Positions 1 to 8,628 of a stretch of 60,211 bases of DNA are shown in pieces; positions within the stretch are counted from its first letter, which is position 1; each line of letters starts with the position of its first letter. The stretch lies in NCBI GenBank assembly GCA_044358425.1, contig CP054849.1, positions 416,073 to 476,283 on the forward strand, written 5' to 3'. Source of the stretch: Marine Group I thaumarchaeote. Its GTDB lineage: Archaea > Thermoproteota > Nitrososphaeria > Nitrososphaerales > Nitrosopumilaceae. A model generated the notes under the pieces. That model was not told the origin of the DNA, made no database searches, and was given only the letters and a program-made list of their open reading frames with translations. A program made the position numbers and the translations under genes.

Positions 1-106
1 AATGAACTTTATGAAGGTTTAAAGTGTTACCTGAGCCGAATACTGTATTTTTTTAAAATAATCTCTACACCTTTCAATTTATAACATTGACTTTTCGATA
101 TTTGTT

Positions 107-343
107 ATGAGATACATTGAACCAACTCGAGTTAAGGTTCTGATGATAATGTTTTTCACAACAGGTCTTGTTGGTATTCTAATTGGATTATCAGCTATCA
201 CTCCTCCAAATCTCAAAATGATGATTACTTTTATGGGCTTGATTAATGTTGGATTAGGTGCATTTTTTACGTTCATTTTTCTTACTCAAATTAAGTCTGA
301 ACCTGACAAACGTAAGAAAAAGAAAAAATCCAAATCAGATTAG
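107..343 (+). CDS. Small membrane protein (2 TM helices, basic C-terminal tail), hypothetical
   Basis: 78-aa ORF with two hydrophobic segments and a KRKKKKK tail. Confidence 0.7.
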   Translation: MRYIEPTRVKVLMIMFFTTGLVGILIGLSAITPPNLKMMITFMGLINVGLGAFFTFIFLTQIKSEPDKRKKKKKSKSD

Positions 344-400
344 TAATTTTGATCTTTAGAATTAAAGTATAAATAATAATTCTCTATCAGGAATTCAGAA

Positions 401-952
401 ATGTTAGATTTAGTTGCCAAAGAATTGTTTCTTACAAAAGGTAAAGGTGTTCATGAAGATAGACTCACTAGTTTTGAATATGCTTTAAGGGATGCTGGTA
501 TTGCTGGAACTAATCTTGTATTGATTTCAAGCATTTTCCCTCCTCATGCAAAACTAATTAGTCGTAAAGAAGGTTTGAAAAAAATCAAAGCCGGGCAGAT
601 TTTGTTTACCATTTATTCAAAAAATCAAACAAAAGAACCTCATAGAGTTTGTTCTGCTTCAGTTGGAATTGCACAACCAAAAGATAACGAAAGATATGGT
701 TATCTTTCTGAGTATGAATCCTTTGGTCAAAATGAAATTCAGGCAGGTGATTATGCAGAAGATATAGCAGCTCAAATGTTGGCCTCTTCATTAGGCATTC
801 CTTTTGATGCGGATAAGGATTGGGATGAAAAAAGACAACAATGGTCTATTTCTGGTGAGATTTACAATACTCATAATGTTACTCAATCTACAAAAGGTGA
901 TAAGGATGGAAAATGGACCACTGTTTTTGCAGCTGCAGTTCTTTTGGTTTAA
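401..952 (+). CDS. pdaD: Pyruvoyl-dependent arginine decarboxylase
   Basis: SFEYALRDAGIAGTNLVLISSIFPP with the Ser-Ser self-cleavage site; YGYLSEY; C-terminal WTTVFAAAV. Confidence 0.9.
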   Translation: MLDLVAKELFLTKGKGVHEDRLTSFEYALRDAGIAGTNLVLISSIFPPHAKLISRKEGLKKIKAGQILFTIYSKNQTKEPHRVCSASVGIAQPKDNERYGYLSEYESFGQNEIQAGDYAEDIAAQMLASSLGIPFDADKDWDEKRQQWSISGEIYNTHNVTQSTKGDKDGKWTTVFAAAVLLV

Positions 953-2146
953 TTATTTTTTGTATCCTTTAAGATAAAAAATTGCTGCACCGATGGAGAC
1001 TATTGCAATAATGCCTACTACTACAATTGATTCATCTGTTTCTGGTTCTTCATATTTTATATTGTCTCCGCCCAGTGAAAATTGTAATTCCTCTTCATTA
1101 ATTGAATTACGTTCTCCAAAAATAAATTTACCTTGAATTTGTTCTCCTATACTTGGATCAAAAATCCATCCTTCTGTTGTAAATTCTGTTGGCATTTCTA
1201 TTCCATCAATATTTTGGGTAGGTATGATGTTTCCTTTAATGTCTGATACCTTATTTTCTTCATCTGATAATATGATTATTTGAAATAAAGAATTTAATGG
1301 ATAATTTCCATCAGAAAAATAATTTGATCTAGTAATTTCATTAATGTTAAAAAATTCTAATGGGTTAATTTTTGTGCCTGATTCTATTGGTTTTTCAATT
1401 GGACTAGTTGTTGATACTCTTAATTGTAAAAGAGATTTTGATTCTGTTGGAATCATGGAAAATGTCATCTTAGCATTTTCATCGGTTGACAAATTTCTTG
1501 CAATATTGTAAAATCCTCCATTTTCTCTAATTTGACTTGAAATTAGCATTGATGATAATTTTTCATACATTGAATATGTGTCCTCCATTGGCATCGTAAA
1601 CACTGCTGAAATTGTACCTGTACCTGAAACAATACCTGATGTATCTAAAGCATCATTTGTTTCTGCATTTGTATGGATGTATACTTGAAAAAATTCTGCA
1701 TTTGTATCAAAAACATGATTAATTTCATCAATAAGTGATTCACCTACTTCTCTTGTTGAGCTTTGTATTGCATTAATTCCTTTATCTTCTGGATTTCTTT
1801 CAATGTTTATCAAAATACATGATTGATCCGTGACTCCTAAAACACAATTATTTTCATTTGTAATTATTATTGCTTGAATTCTTCCATGTTCTCTAATTTT
1901 TAATTCTAATTCCGCAGGAAATATTATTTCTTGAATGTTGGTACTAAGTAGAGTAATTGATACAATATTTGTTTGAGAAATCTTTTCATCAATAATCAAC
2001 TGGGCTGATTCTTGAAAAGTCGATAATCCAATTTCTTGTGAATATGCTTGATCAATTGAAATACCTGAAAATATAATTAATAATGCGAGAAAAATTATCT
2101 TTTGCACATTTTCAATTTTTGAATATGAGATATTAAATTTACTCAT
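953..2146 (-). CDS. Secreted, C-terminally membrane-anchored hypothetical protein
   Basis: Signal-like N-terminus (IIFLALLIIFSG...AYSQE) and a C-terminal TM helix followed by KGYKK; start may be a few codons downstream. Confidence 0.75.
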   Translation of the reverse strand: MSKFNISYSKIENVQKIIFLALLIIFSGISIDQAYSQEIGLSTFQESAQLIIDEKISQTNIVSITLLSTNIQEIIFPAELELKIREHGRIQAIIITNENNCVLGVTDQSCILINIERNPEDKGINAIQSSTREVGESLIDEINHVFDTNAEFFQVYIHTNAETNDALDTSGIVSGTGTISAVFTMPMEDTYSMYEKLSSMLISSQIRENGGFYNIARNLSTDENAKMTFSMIPTESKSLLQLRVSTTSPIEKPIESGTKINPLEFFNINEITRSNYFSDGNYPLNSLFQIIILSDEENKVSDIKGNIIPTQNIDGIEMPTEFTTEGWIFDPSIGEQIQGKFIFGERNSINEEELQFSLGGDNIKYEEPETDESIVVVGIIAIVSIGAAIFYLKGYKK

Positions 2147-2192
2147 TTTTTGTATTTTGTTTTTTCAAACATTTTGATAAGAAACCCATATT

Positions 2193-2789
2193 TTGCTGTC
2201 TATTCTTTTCAAATTAATGGCTTTAATTCCAATAGTTGCCGAATATCTCAATGATCCTTTTATTCAATTAATTGTAATTTTGAGTACATTTGCAATTGGA
2301 TTATCTCAAGGAATTTTTTTAGGTAGAGCAATTCTTTTAAGATTCCCACGACTGCAAAATCATCTTAAAACAGTATCTGTGTCTTTATTTGTTCTATTTT
2401 TAATTAATACTGTTCTTAGTGTACCTAGATTTCAGTCTCCTGAAAAAATTGATCTTACAAATTTGACTGTTACAAATCCTAATGAGTTAATTTCAACTGT
2501 TTTTTTGATTTTTGGAATGAATACTGGATTTTTGACTATTCTTGCTTTTTCAATTATGGTAATGACTTTTGTAATTTTAAAATTTACCAATTTACACGGA
2601 ATTGTAAAAGGATTTGTTTTCTTTTTTAGTAGTTTATTACTAATTTTTACTGCCCTTAGTCGATTCACTGATCTTACTCCTAGTTCTTTTGAAGTTTTAT
2701 TGTATTTTCTTTATCAGCTAGGTGTGACTATTGGAATTCTTTTTGGTACTATCAGGAAAATTAAACCTCCTAAATTGGATTTGAAATAA
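2193..2789 (+). CDS. Multi-pass membrane protein, hypothetical
   Basis: About 5 hydrophobic segments; likely start is the ATG at 2217. Confidence 0.7.
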   Translation: MLSILFKLMALIPIVAEYLNDPFIQLIVILSTFAIGLSQGIFLGRAILLRFPRLQNHLKTVSVSLFVLFLINTVLSVPRFQSPEKIDLTNLTVTNPNELISTVFLIFGMNTGFLTILAFSIMVMTFVILKFTNLHGIVKGFVFFFSSLLLIFTALSRFTDLTPSSFEVLLYFLYQLGVTIGILFGTIRKIKPPKLDLK

Positions 2790-2827
2790 TCTCAAAGGTT
2801 TAAATGATATATTTTTAAATAATTTTT

Positions 2828-2890
2828 GACATCGAATTCAAACCGTTCGGGGAACAAGCCGGCAGTCCATGCGTTGGACTGCCGGCCCCA
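2828..2890 (+). ncRNA. Candidate small structured RNA (GC-rich hairpin)
   Basis: Perfect 12-bp stem GCCGGCAGTCCA (2858-2869)/TGGACTGCCGGC (2875-2886) with a 5-nt loop, in an AT-rich intergenic gap; TTTAAA box at about 2798-2803 and T-rich tract downstream. Strand is inferred. Confidence 0.4.
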
Positions 2891-2955
2891 TTATTCTAAA
2901 ATTTTAATTTATTTCTTGGAAATACTTTATACGTAAAATAATTCTAATTCTGATT

Positions 2956-3414
2956 ATGAATAAATTTATCACAATTGGTGATGAAAAAGTCAGTATTACT
3001 GAAATTGAAAATGCAAAAACTATTCCTGAGTTATTGCAAACTAGAGTTCAGTATGCCATTTTAGATCAATTAAACGACATGGTTGGAAGATCTGGAATGG
3101 GAAATCCTGATGAGGTAAAAAAATTAGTGCTTAGAGATATTGCATTTAGTAGGGGTGGGTATTCTTCTTCTTTTACTTTCCAAATGGCCAATCAGGCTGT
3201 GAATATTACAGAAGCTGATTTTACTAGTGAAAAAAGTATTTCTGAATTATTAGTTTTACGTATTGAACATGCAATAATGGATCAATTGAATTATTTAATT
3301 TCACAATCTGATAATCCTGAGAATTCTTTAAAAAAAATTAAAGATACTCTTATTGTTGATATCGAAAAAATAATTAGTGCTTATAATTTACCTGAAAAAA
3401 ATGATGCTGATTAA
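2956..3414 (+). CDS. Hypothetical protein made of a tandemly duplicated domain of about 70 aa
   Basis: ITE..KTIPELLQTRVQYAILDQLN versus ITE..KSISELLVLRIEHAIMDQLN; TATA-like ctttata about 25 nt upstream. Confidence 0.75.
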   Translation: MNKFITIGDEKVSITEIENAKTIPELLQTRVQYAILDQLNDMVGRSGMGNPDEVKKLVLRDIAFSRGGYSSSFTFQMANQAVNITEADFTSEKSISELLVLRIEHAIMDQLNYLISQSDNPENSLKKIKDTLIVDIEKIISAYNLPEKNDAD

Positions 3415-3441
3415 TTCTATTACGAATAGTCTCTTTTTGAA

Positions 3442-5232
3442 TTAATTTAATGATGATAGGGTTTTAACTTGCTGATTGACATAATCAAAACCTTCTTGCC
3501 AAAACTTTGGTGATCTAATATCAAATCCATGTTCTGATAATAATTTTTCAGGTTTTTTTGATCCACCTGCAGATAAAATATCGATATATGATTTCACAAA
3601 ATCATTTCCTTCTTTTTTATATCTTTGAAACAGTGACAATGCTAACAAATTTCCAAATGAATATGCATAGCAGTAAAATGGTGTGTGATAAAAATGAGGG
3701 ATACAACTCCATTCAATACCAAAATCATCTGAAAGATTAACTGAATTCCCAAACTGTTCTTTTAAATTCTGTAAATACGTTTTTGATATTTCATCTATTG
3801 TTGTGCCTTTACTGATTAAATTGTGTGCATCAACCTCAAAAATTGTAAAAAATGATTGTCTGAGAATTGTTGCATACAAATCATCAATTTTTTCAGCTAA
3901 CATTACCTTTTTTTGGTCATCAGAAATTTTATCTGATAAATTATCATAAAGTAATAATTCTGAAAATGTAGATGCTGTTTCAGCTAATGGTAATGGGGCA
4001 TCCTGAACTAATATGGATCTATCTTGTGCTGCCTGACTGTGAACTGCATGACCTAATTCATGTGCTAAAGTAAAGACGTCTCTGGATTTACCTGTAAAAT
4101 TAACTAAAACATAGGGTGTAATTTTTGGAGTTAGTGTGCTACAAAATGCTCCGTCTCTTTTTCCTGGTCTGACAGATGAGTCAATATGATTTTCATTGAA
4201 TACTTTTCTGGCAAATTCTTCTAATGTACTGCTAAATTTTCCAAGTGATTCAAACACTAGCTTAACTGATTGATTATATGAATAATTTTTTTCTTTAATT
4301 TTTGCAGCAGCAGGTGCATACAGATCATATCTTTCCAATTTTTTCATATCTAACATTTTTGCTTTTTGAAGAAAGAATTTTTGAAACACTGATGAATTTT
4401 TTCGACAAATTGTGAGAAGTGATTCTATAGTTTTATCATCTACATCATTGCCGATATTTCTCATAGAAATTGGACTTTTGTATCCTCTGATTTCTATTCC
4501 TTCATTTTTCCAATTAAGAACAATGTTCTGATATATTTCTCCGATTACCCCTTTGTTTTCAGTATATTTTGTAAGAATTGTTTTATAAGCTGTTTCTCTA
4601 ATTTTTGGATTTGTACTTCTGACATAATTTGTTAACTCTTCTCTTGTCATCACTTTTGTTTTGTTACCAATTTTCATTTTATATTCAAAAGCGTTAGTAA
4701 TTTTATCATATAGTTTCACAAGTGCAGAAATTCCTGTAACGTCTAATGTGTTAATTATTTTTTCTTCAGATTCACTTAGTGCATATTTTGCAAACAATCT
4801 TTTGTATGTCAGATATTCTTTCAATTCTCCTGTTTCTTTCATTAGTCTGGTTGCATTTTTTTCATCTACTTGCGTTTTCCACCATAAATCAAAAAATAAA
4901 ATTTTGTTTGAAATCTCTGAACCTAATTTTGACATTTGAGTCATTAGTGAAGTTGCTTCGTCTGATTGGGTGTTTGATGAATATGCTAATGATGCATACC
5001 CTCCAATCTTACTCATTTTATGCGAAATTTCTTCAACTTGTTCTAAAATCATTTTAAACTGTTTTGATGACATTTTTGGATTTAATTTTGATTTTATTTT
5101 TTCAAATTTTTTTGCTTGATTTTCTAAATCTTTAATTTGTTTTTGAAATGCAGAACTTTTTGGATTTTTTGCTAATTCTGATAAATCCCACTCTCCTAGT
5201 TCATACTGTTTCATATTTTTTCTATTTGACAA
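3442..5232 (-). CDS. pepF: Oligoendopeptidase F (peptidase M3)
   Basis: WDLSEL N-terminus, GKRDGAFC, zinc motif HELGH, AETASTFSE, IPHFYHTPFYCYAY. Confidence 0.9.
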   Translation of the reverse strand: MSNRKNMKQYELGEWDLSELAKNPKSSAFQKQIKDLENQAKKFEKIKSKLNPKMSSKQFKMILEQVEEISHKMSKIGGYASLAYSSNTQSDEATSLMTQMSKLGSEISNKILFFDLWWKTQVDEKNATRLMKETGELKEYLTYKRLFAKYALSESEEKIINTLDVTGISALVKLYDKITNAFEYKMKIGNKTKVMTREELTNYVRSTNPKIRETAYKTILTKYTENKGVIGEIYQNIVLNWKNEGIEIRGYKSPISMRNIGNDVDDKTIESLLTICRKNSSVFQKFFLQKAKMLDMKKLERYDLYAPAAAKIKEKNYSYNQSVKLVFESLGKFSSTLEEFARKVFNENHIDSSVRPGKRDGAFCSTLTPKITPYVLVNFTGKSRDVFTLAHELGHAVHSQAAQDRSILVQDAPLPLAETASTFSELLLYDNLSDKISDDQKKVMLAEKIDDLYATILRQSFFTIFEVDAHNLISKGTTIDEISKTYLQNLKEQFGNSVNLSDDFGIEWSCIPHFYHTPFYCYAYSFGNLLALSLFQRYKKEGNDFVKSYIDILSAGGSKKPEKLLSEHGFDIRSPKFWQEGFDYVNQQVKTLSSLN

Positions 5233-5261
5233 CTATTAAAAAATGAATAGATTTTGTGATT

Positions 5262-5792
5262 CTATTTTGATTCTTGCTCTTTGATTATGTTTAATGTCAT
5301 ACTGGTTTTGAGATTTGGTAATCCTCTGATTGCTCTAGTAATGACATCTTGTAATACTTCTTCACTTGATGATTCTACTCTACATATTACATCATAATAT
5401 CCAAAAACTACATCTGCTTCTTTAATTTCTGGTATCTTGCAAAGATTTTTCAATGTTGGATATTCGTGTCCTTTTTCACAATGAAAAACAACATAAGCTT
5501 GACTAGAGTTTTGACCAAGCATTGCTCCGACAAGTTTTTCTGCAATTTGAAATAATTGTCCTGACTCTGAACTAGTTAATGTCATACTGGAATGAATTTT
5601 TGGTATTTTTCTAATTTGTTTAGTTACAATTTCTTGAATTTTCTCATCTGTTGTACATTCTATCTGTGCAACAATATCGTATAGCCCTAACGTTCCGTGA
5701 GCTTCTTTAATTCCTACAATTTCTTGTAATGATTGTATTACTTCTTTTTCTTCTCCTAAATCACAATTCATCATAATGTATGCTTTTGCCAT
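5262..5792 (-). CDS. Tandem Lrp/AsnC ligand-binding (RAM) domain protein lacking an HTH
   Basis: Two copies of the fold: AYIMMNC..HGTLGLYDIVAQIE and AYVVFHC..VVFGYYDVICRVE. Confidence 0.85.
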   Translation of the reverse strand: MAKAYIMMNCDLGEEKEVIQSLQEIVGIKEAHGTLGLYDIVAQIECTTDEKIQEIVTKQIRKIPKIHSSMTLTSSESGQLFQIAEKLVGAMLGQNSSQAYVVFHCEKGHEYPTLKNLCKIPEIKEADVVFGYYDVICRVESSSEEVLQDVITRAIRGLPNLKTSMTLNIIKEQESK

Positions 5793-5902
5793 TAAAGATG
5801 AACTCCTGTTGAGATATTGTTTTTGTTAATCATCCAAAAGTTTATGCGTTTTTAGCATAAAAGTTTTCATAAGTTATTTTTTGATTTATTTCACAATAAT
5901 CA

Positions 5903-6160
5903 CTAAAAATACTCTTCATGTATGTAACACCATTTCCAAATATCTTCTGGAATTGCTTTCATTACTGGATGTCCTGTATCTTTGAAATGTTTTGTAGCGT
6001 GTTTTCCAATTGATGAATCACAACATCCCACATGTCCACATGTAAGACACATTCGAAGTGCAACTGTTGGCAAGTGTTCTTTTTCACATTCTTCACATTT
6101 TACAGTATTTGGAGAAATGTTTTCTTTTTTTTGCAAAAAATGCTCACATTCTTTTTGCAT
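5903..6160 (-). CDS. UBP-type zinc finger protein
   Basis: CEH..CEEC..LRMCLTCGHVGCCDSS..HATKHF..WKWCY. Confidence 0.88.
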   Translation of the reverse strand: MQKECEHFLQKKENISPNTVKCEECEKEHLPTVALRMCLTCGHVGCCDSSIGKHATKHFKDTGHPVMKAIPEDIWKWCYIHEEYF

Positions 6161-6164
6161 TTTC

Positions 6165-6704
6165 TTAATATTTTTTTAATGTCTCTTTGTATCTCTTAAT
6201 TGATTCAATAATTACTGACTTTGCATCTTTTGCTGACTTCCATCCAATTATTTCCACTTTTTTACCTTCTAGTTCTTTGTACACTTGGAAGAAGTGTGCA
6301 ATTTCTGAGCGATGATGATCCTCTATATTTTCAATATCTGTTGTGTGTAGGTATCTTGGATCATTTGTTGAAACACAAATAATTTTGTCATCTGGTTCTC
6401 CATCATCTTTCATTTGTAGTAGTCCAATTGGTCTTGATTCAATCAAAATACCTGGAAATGTTGGATTAGTTACAAGAACTAATGCATCCAATGGATCGCC
6501 ATCTTCAGATAATGTCTGTGGGATTAATCCATAGTCTCCTGGATAGTGAAATGGGGAAAACAATACTCTGTCTAATTTAATTAAATTATTTTTTTTATCG
6601 TATTCATATTTGTTCATAGATCCTTTTGGAATTTCTACTATTGCATTAATTATTTCTGGAACATCTGTTCCTGTCTCTATATCGTGCCAAAAATTTTTAC
6701 TCAT
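6165..6704 (-). CDS. ppa: Inorganic pyrophosphatase (family I)
   Basis: EIPKGS, KYEYDK, DGDPLD motif, YKELEGK. Confidence 0.95.
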   Translation of the reverse strand: MSKNFWHDIETGTDVPEIINAIVEIPKGSMNKYEYDKKNNLIKLDRVLFSPFHYPGDYGLIPQTLSEDGDPLDALVLVTNPTFPGILIESRPIGLLQMKDDGEPDDKIICVSTNDPRYLHTTDIENIEDHHRSEIAHFFQVYKELEGKKVEIIGWKSAKDAKSVIIESIKRYKETLKKY

Positions 6705-6755
6705 TTTACAGCTGTTCTGATAAATACTTAGTATATGATTCTATGGGATTTATTT

Positions 6756-7178
6756 TTAGACTACTTGATTTGTGTTAGGAATAACTTTGAATATCTTTAC
6801 GGTATATTCTCCTTGAAATATATCTGTAAATTGACCCGTTTGTGTGTCTAGATTTCTAACTCTGAATTTATACTCGTATGAGCCGTCTCCTTTGGTATCA
6901 ATTTGTGCAACGTGTACTGCCTCATCTCCTTTGTAGAACTGAATAATTACTGGATATCTTTCAGCAACATCTGATGCTGATCCGTAAACTGTTCCCCATG
7001 GTAAAGTGTTATTTTCAGGGACTGTTAGTGTTGTAATTGTAGTTTCTAAACTAACTTTTTCATTAATTGGTGTAACTGTAATTTCATTTGTTATTGCAGA
7101 TGCGGTATTTGGAATAATCATTATTGCTAATAATGCAATAATTGACGTCATTGCAAGTAAGCTGATACTTTTATTCAT
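6756..7178 (-). CDS. Secreted hypothetical protein (beta-rich)
   Basis: Signal peptide ending TASA; DGSYEYKFRV..GEYTVK pattern typical of thaumarchaeal exported proteins. Confidence 0.7.
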   Translation of the reverse strand: MNKSISLLAMTSIIALLAIMIIPNTASAITNEITVTPINEKVSLETTITTLTVPENNTLPWGTVYGSASDVAERYPVIIQFYKGDEAVHVAQIDTKGDGSYEYKFRVRNLDTQTGQFTDIFQGEYTVKIFKVIPNTNQVV

Positions 7179-7240
7179 TCTGTAGTTTGTACTTCTAATG
7201 TTCTTTAAATAATTTATTATTAATTTCTACTAGGTTGTTC

Positions 7241-7906
7241 TTATTCTAAAACATCGTAATATTGATTGAGACGTTGAGTCAACAAATCTTTATAATCTTC
7301 AGTTTTTTTCAAAAATTCCATTCTTGAATTTTTTTCACTACTTACTAAGATAACTACTTGTTTAATTTCGATTCCTGTTAACTCTTTAAACATCTCTGAA
7401 TAGGCTGTTCCTTGAATAAAGTGATCTGTCATCCATTCTTCTTTTTGATTACTTCGTTTTGTTTTATAATCGATTATTGATAATTCTCCATCATAATTTG
7501 CAATACAATCTGATGTTCCTGCAAGTTTCATTTTGTTGCTGTATAGTCTTAATTCAGTTCCATGAACATCATTAATTTTTTGTAAAAATGGTATAAGGTT
7601 GTTAAAATGTGCCACTGAAAGCAATCTTACTTCATCTGTTTGTTTTACTTCATTAATGTGATTTTCAATTAATTTGTGAGTTTCTGTGCCTATTATTGCT
7701 GCTTCTTGTGTGATATACTCTGCAGCAATTTCTTGCTCTTTCCAATTTTCTAAACCTTCTTTTTTTTCTAAGGACATTGTTTGATGTAGGATTGTTGTTA
7801 TTGATGGATAGATTTCACCCGATGGCGTTTGATAATAATGACCATCATCTCTTTCAATTAATTCTGCTTGTTTAAAATTAATTGGGATATGATTGTAAAA
7901 TGACAC
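7241..7906 (-). CDS. PD-(D/E)XK exonuclease (RecB-C/MGME1/phage exonuclease-like)
   Basis: YPSITTIL, GTETH, E..LYS..LAGTSDCI, IIDYKT, Q..AY motifs. Confidence 0.8.
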   Translation of the reverse strand: MSFYNHIPINFKQAELIERDDGHYYQTPSGEIYPSITTILHQTMSLEKKEGLENWKEQEIAAEYITQEAAIIGTETHKLIENHINEVKQTDEVRLLSVAHFNNLIPFLQKINDVHGTELRLYSNKMKLAGTSDCIANYDGELSIIDYKTKRSNQKEEWMTDHFIQGTAYSEMFKELTGIEIKQVVILVSSEKNSRMEFLKKTEDYKDLLTQRLNQYYDVLE

Positions 7907-7986
7907 TTTTTTTAATATTAAATTATGACATATAGTTATTTTGAATTTACTTTTGTAGAAATTCTACAAAAATTAATTTTAATTAA

Positions 7987-8080
7987 TGGACCGGATGGGA
8001 TTTGAACCCACGACCCTTGCGGGAATTTCTTCCTTACGCAGTGTGAGTGCGTCATCCAAACCAAACTAGACGACCAGTCC
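7987..8080 (-). tRNA. tRNA-Val(CAC) with a 19-nt non-canonical intron at position 44/45 (intron 8016-8034)
   Basis: Reverse complement folds as acceptor GGACTGG/CCGGTCC-A, anticodon arm ACGCA-CTCACAC-TGCGT and T arm GTGGG-TTCAAAT-CCCAT; removing the BHB-flanked insert restores the variable loop AGGTC. Confidence 0.92.
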
Positions 8081-8158
8081 AAATTATTTATGAAATAGTT
8101 GGTTTTCTATCTTTACTTTGTTGATATTTTGTAATTACCTAACCTTTTTGTATCGAAT

Positions 8159-8422
8159 ATGAAAATATTTTTTATAACTTTAAAAGAATTTGACACTTTA
8201 ATTGATAGGATGACTTTGGCATTGGATTCTGCTAATAATCTAGGTCAATTTACAACTTCAGTTAAAATTTTATTTCAAATGAATGAGGAATTGCCAGATG
8301 ATTTGCAACTGTCCTTTGAAGAAATAGATGACCCTGATGATGCAAAATCATTTGTCAAAAATAATGAATCCTCTTTAAAATTTGCAATTCGAGAGTATCG
8401 AGAAAGATTGATGTTATCTTAA
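8159..8422 (+). CDS. Hypothetical protein
   Basis: 87-aa ORF with plausible composition. Confidence 0.6.
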   Translation: MKIFFITLKEFDTLIDRMTLALDSANNLGQFTTSVKILFQMNEELPDDLQLSFEEIDDPDDAKSFVKNNESSLKFAIREYRERLMLS

Positions 8423-8424
8423 TC

Positions 8425-8592
8425 CTATTTCTTAACGCCGAGATTTCTATTCTTTAATCTCAAGTATGGATTTCTACATTTTCTGCATCTTGTTGCCCCT
8501 ACGTCATTTCTACATCCACATTTGAAGCAGATTCTCATAACTAATCGTGCTTGTTGTGCAATTCTTTTCTTTTCAGGGTCTGTAATTGGCAT
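8425..8592 (-). CDS. rpl40e: 50S ribosomal protein L40e (not in the ORF track)
   Basis: Manual translation MPITDPEKKRIAQQARLVMRICFKCGCRNDVGATRCRKCRNPYLRLKNRNLGVKK; purine-rich AGGAGAG upstream. Confidence 0.93.
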   Translation of the reverse strand: MPITDPEKKRIAQQARLVMRICFKCGCRNDVGATRCRKCRNPYLRLKNRNLGVKK

Positions 8593-8628
8593 TTAATTCT
8601 CTCCTTAATCTCTTCCTTTTAATTTAAT

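Noticed and set aside
2849-2890. HDV-like ribozyme (minus strand begins GGCCGGC...GCCGGCT like HDV P1), or a tRNA-Pro remnant (CGGCCCCA end)
   Set aside because: The interior is a simple continuous stem with no P2/P3/P1.1 pseudoknot, and no cloverleaf or correctly placed T-arm can be built
7241-7906. Solo Cas4
   Set aside because: It lacks the four Fe-S cysteines of Cas4, and there are no cas genes or arrays nearby
6756-8080. Integrated provirus or island at tRNA-Val
   Set aside because: No integrase, no second copy of the tRNA 3' end seen in the window, and core genes (ppa, rpl40e) flank it closely
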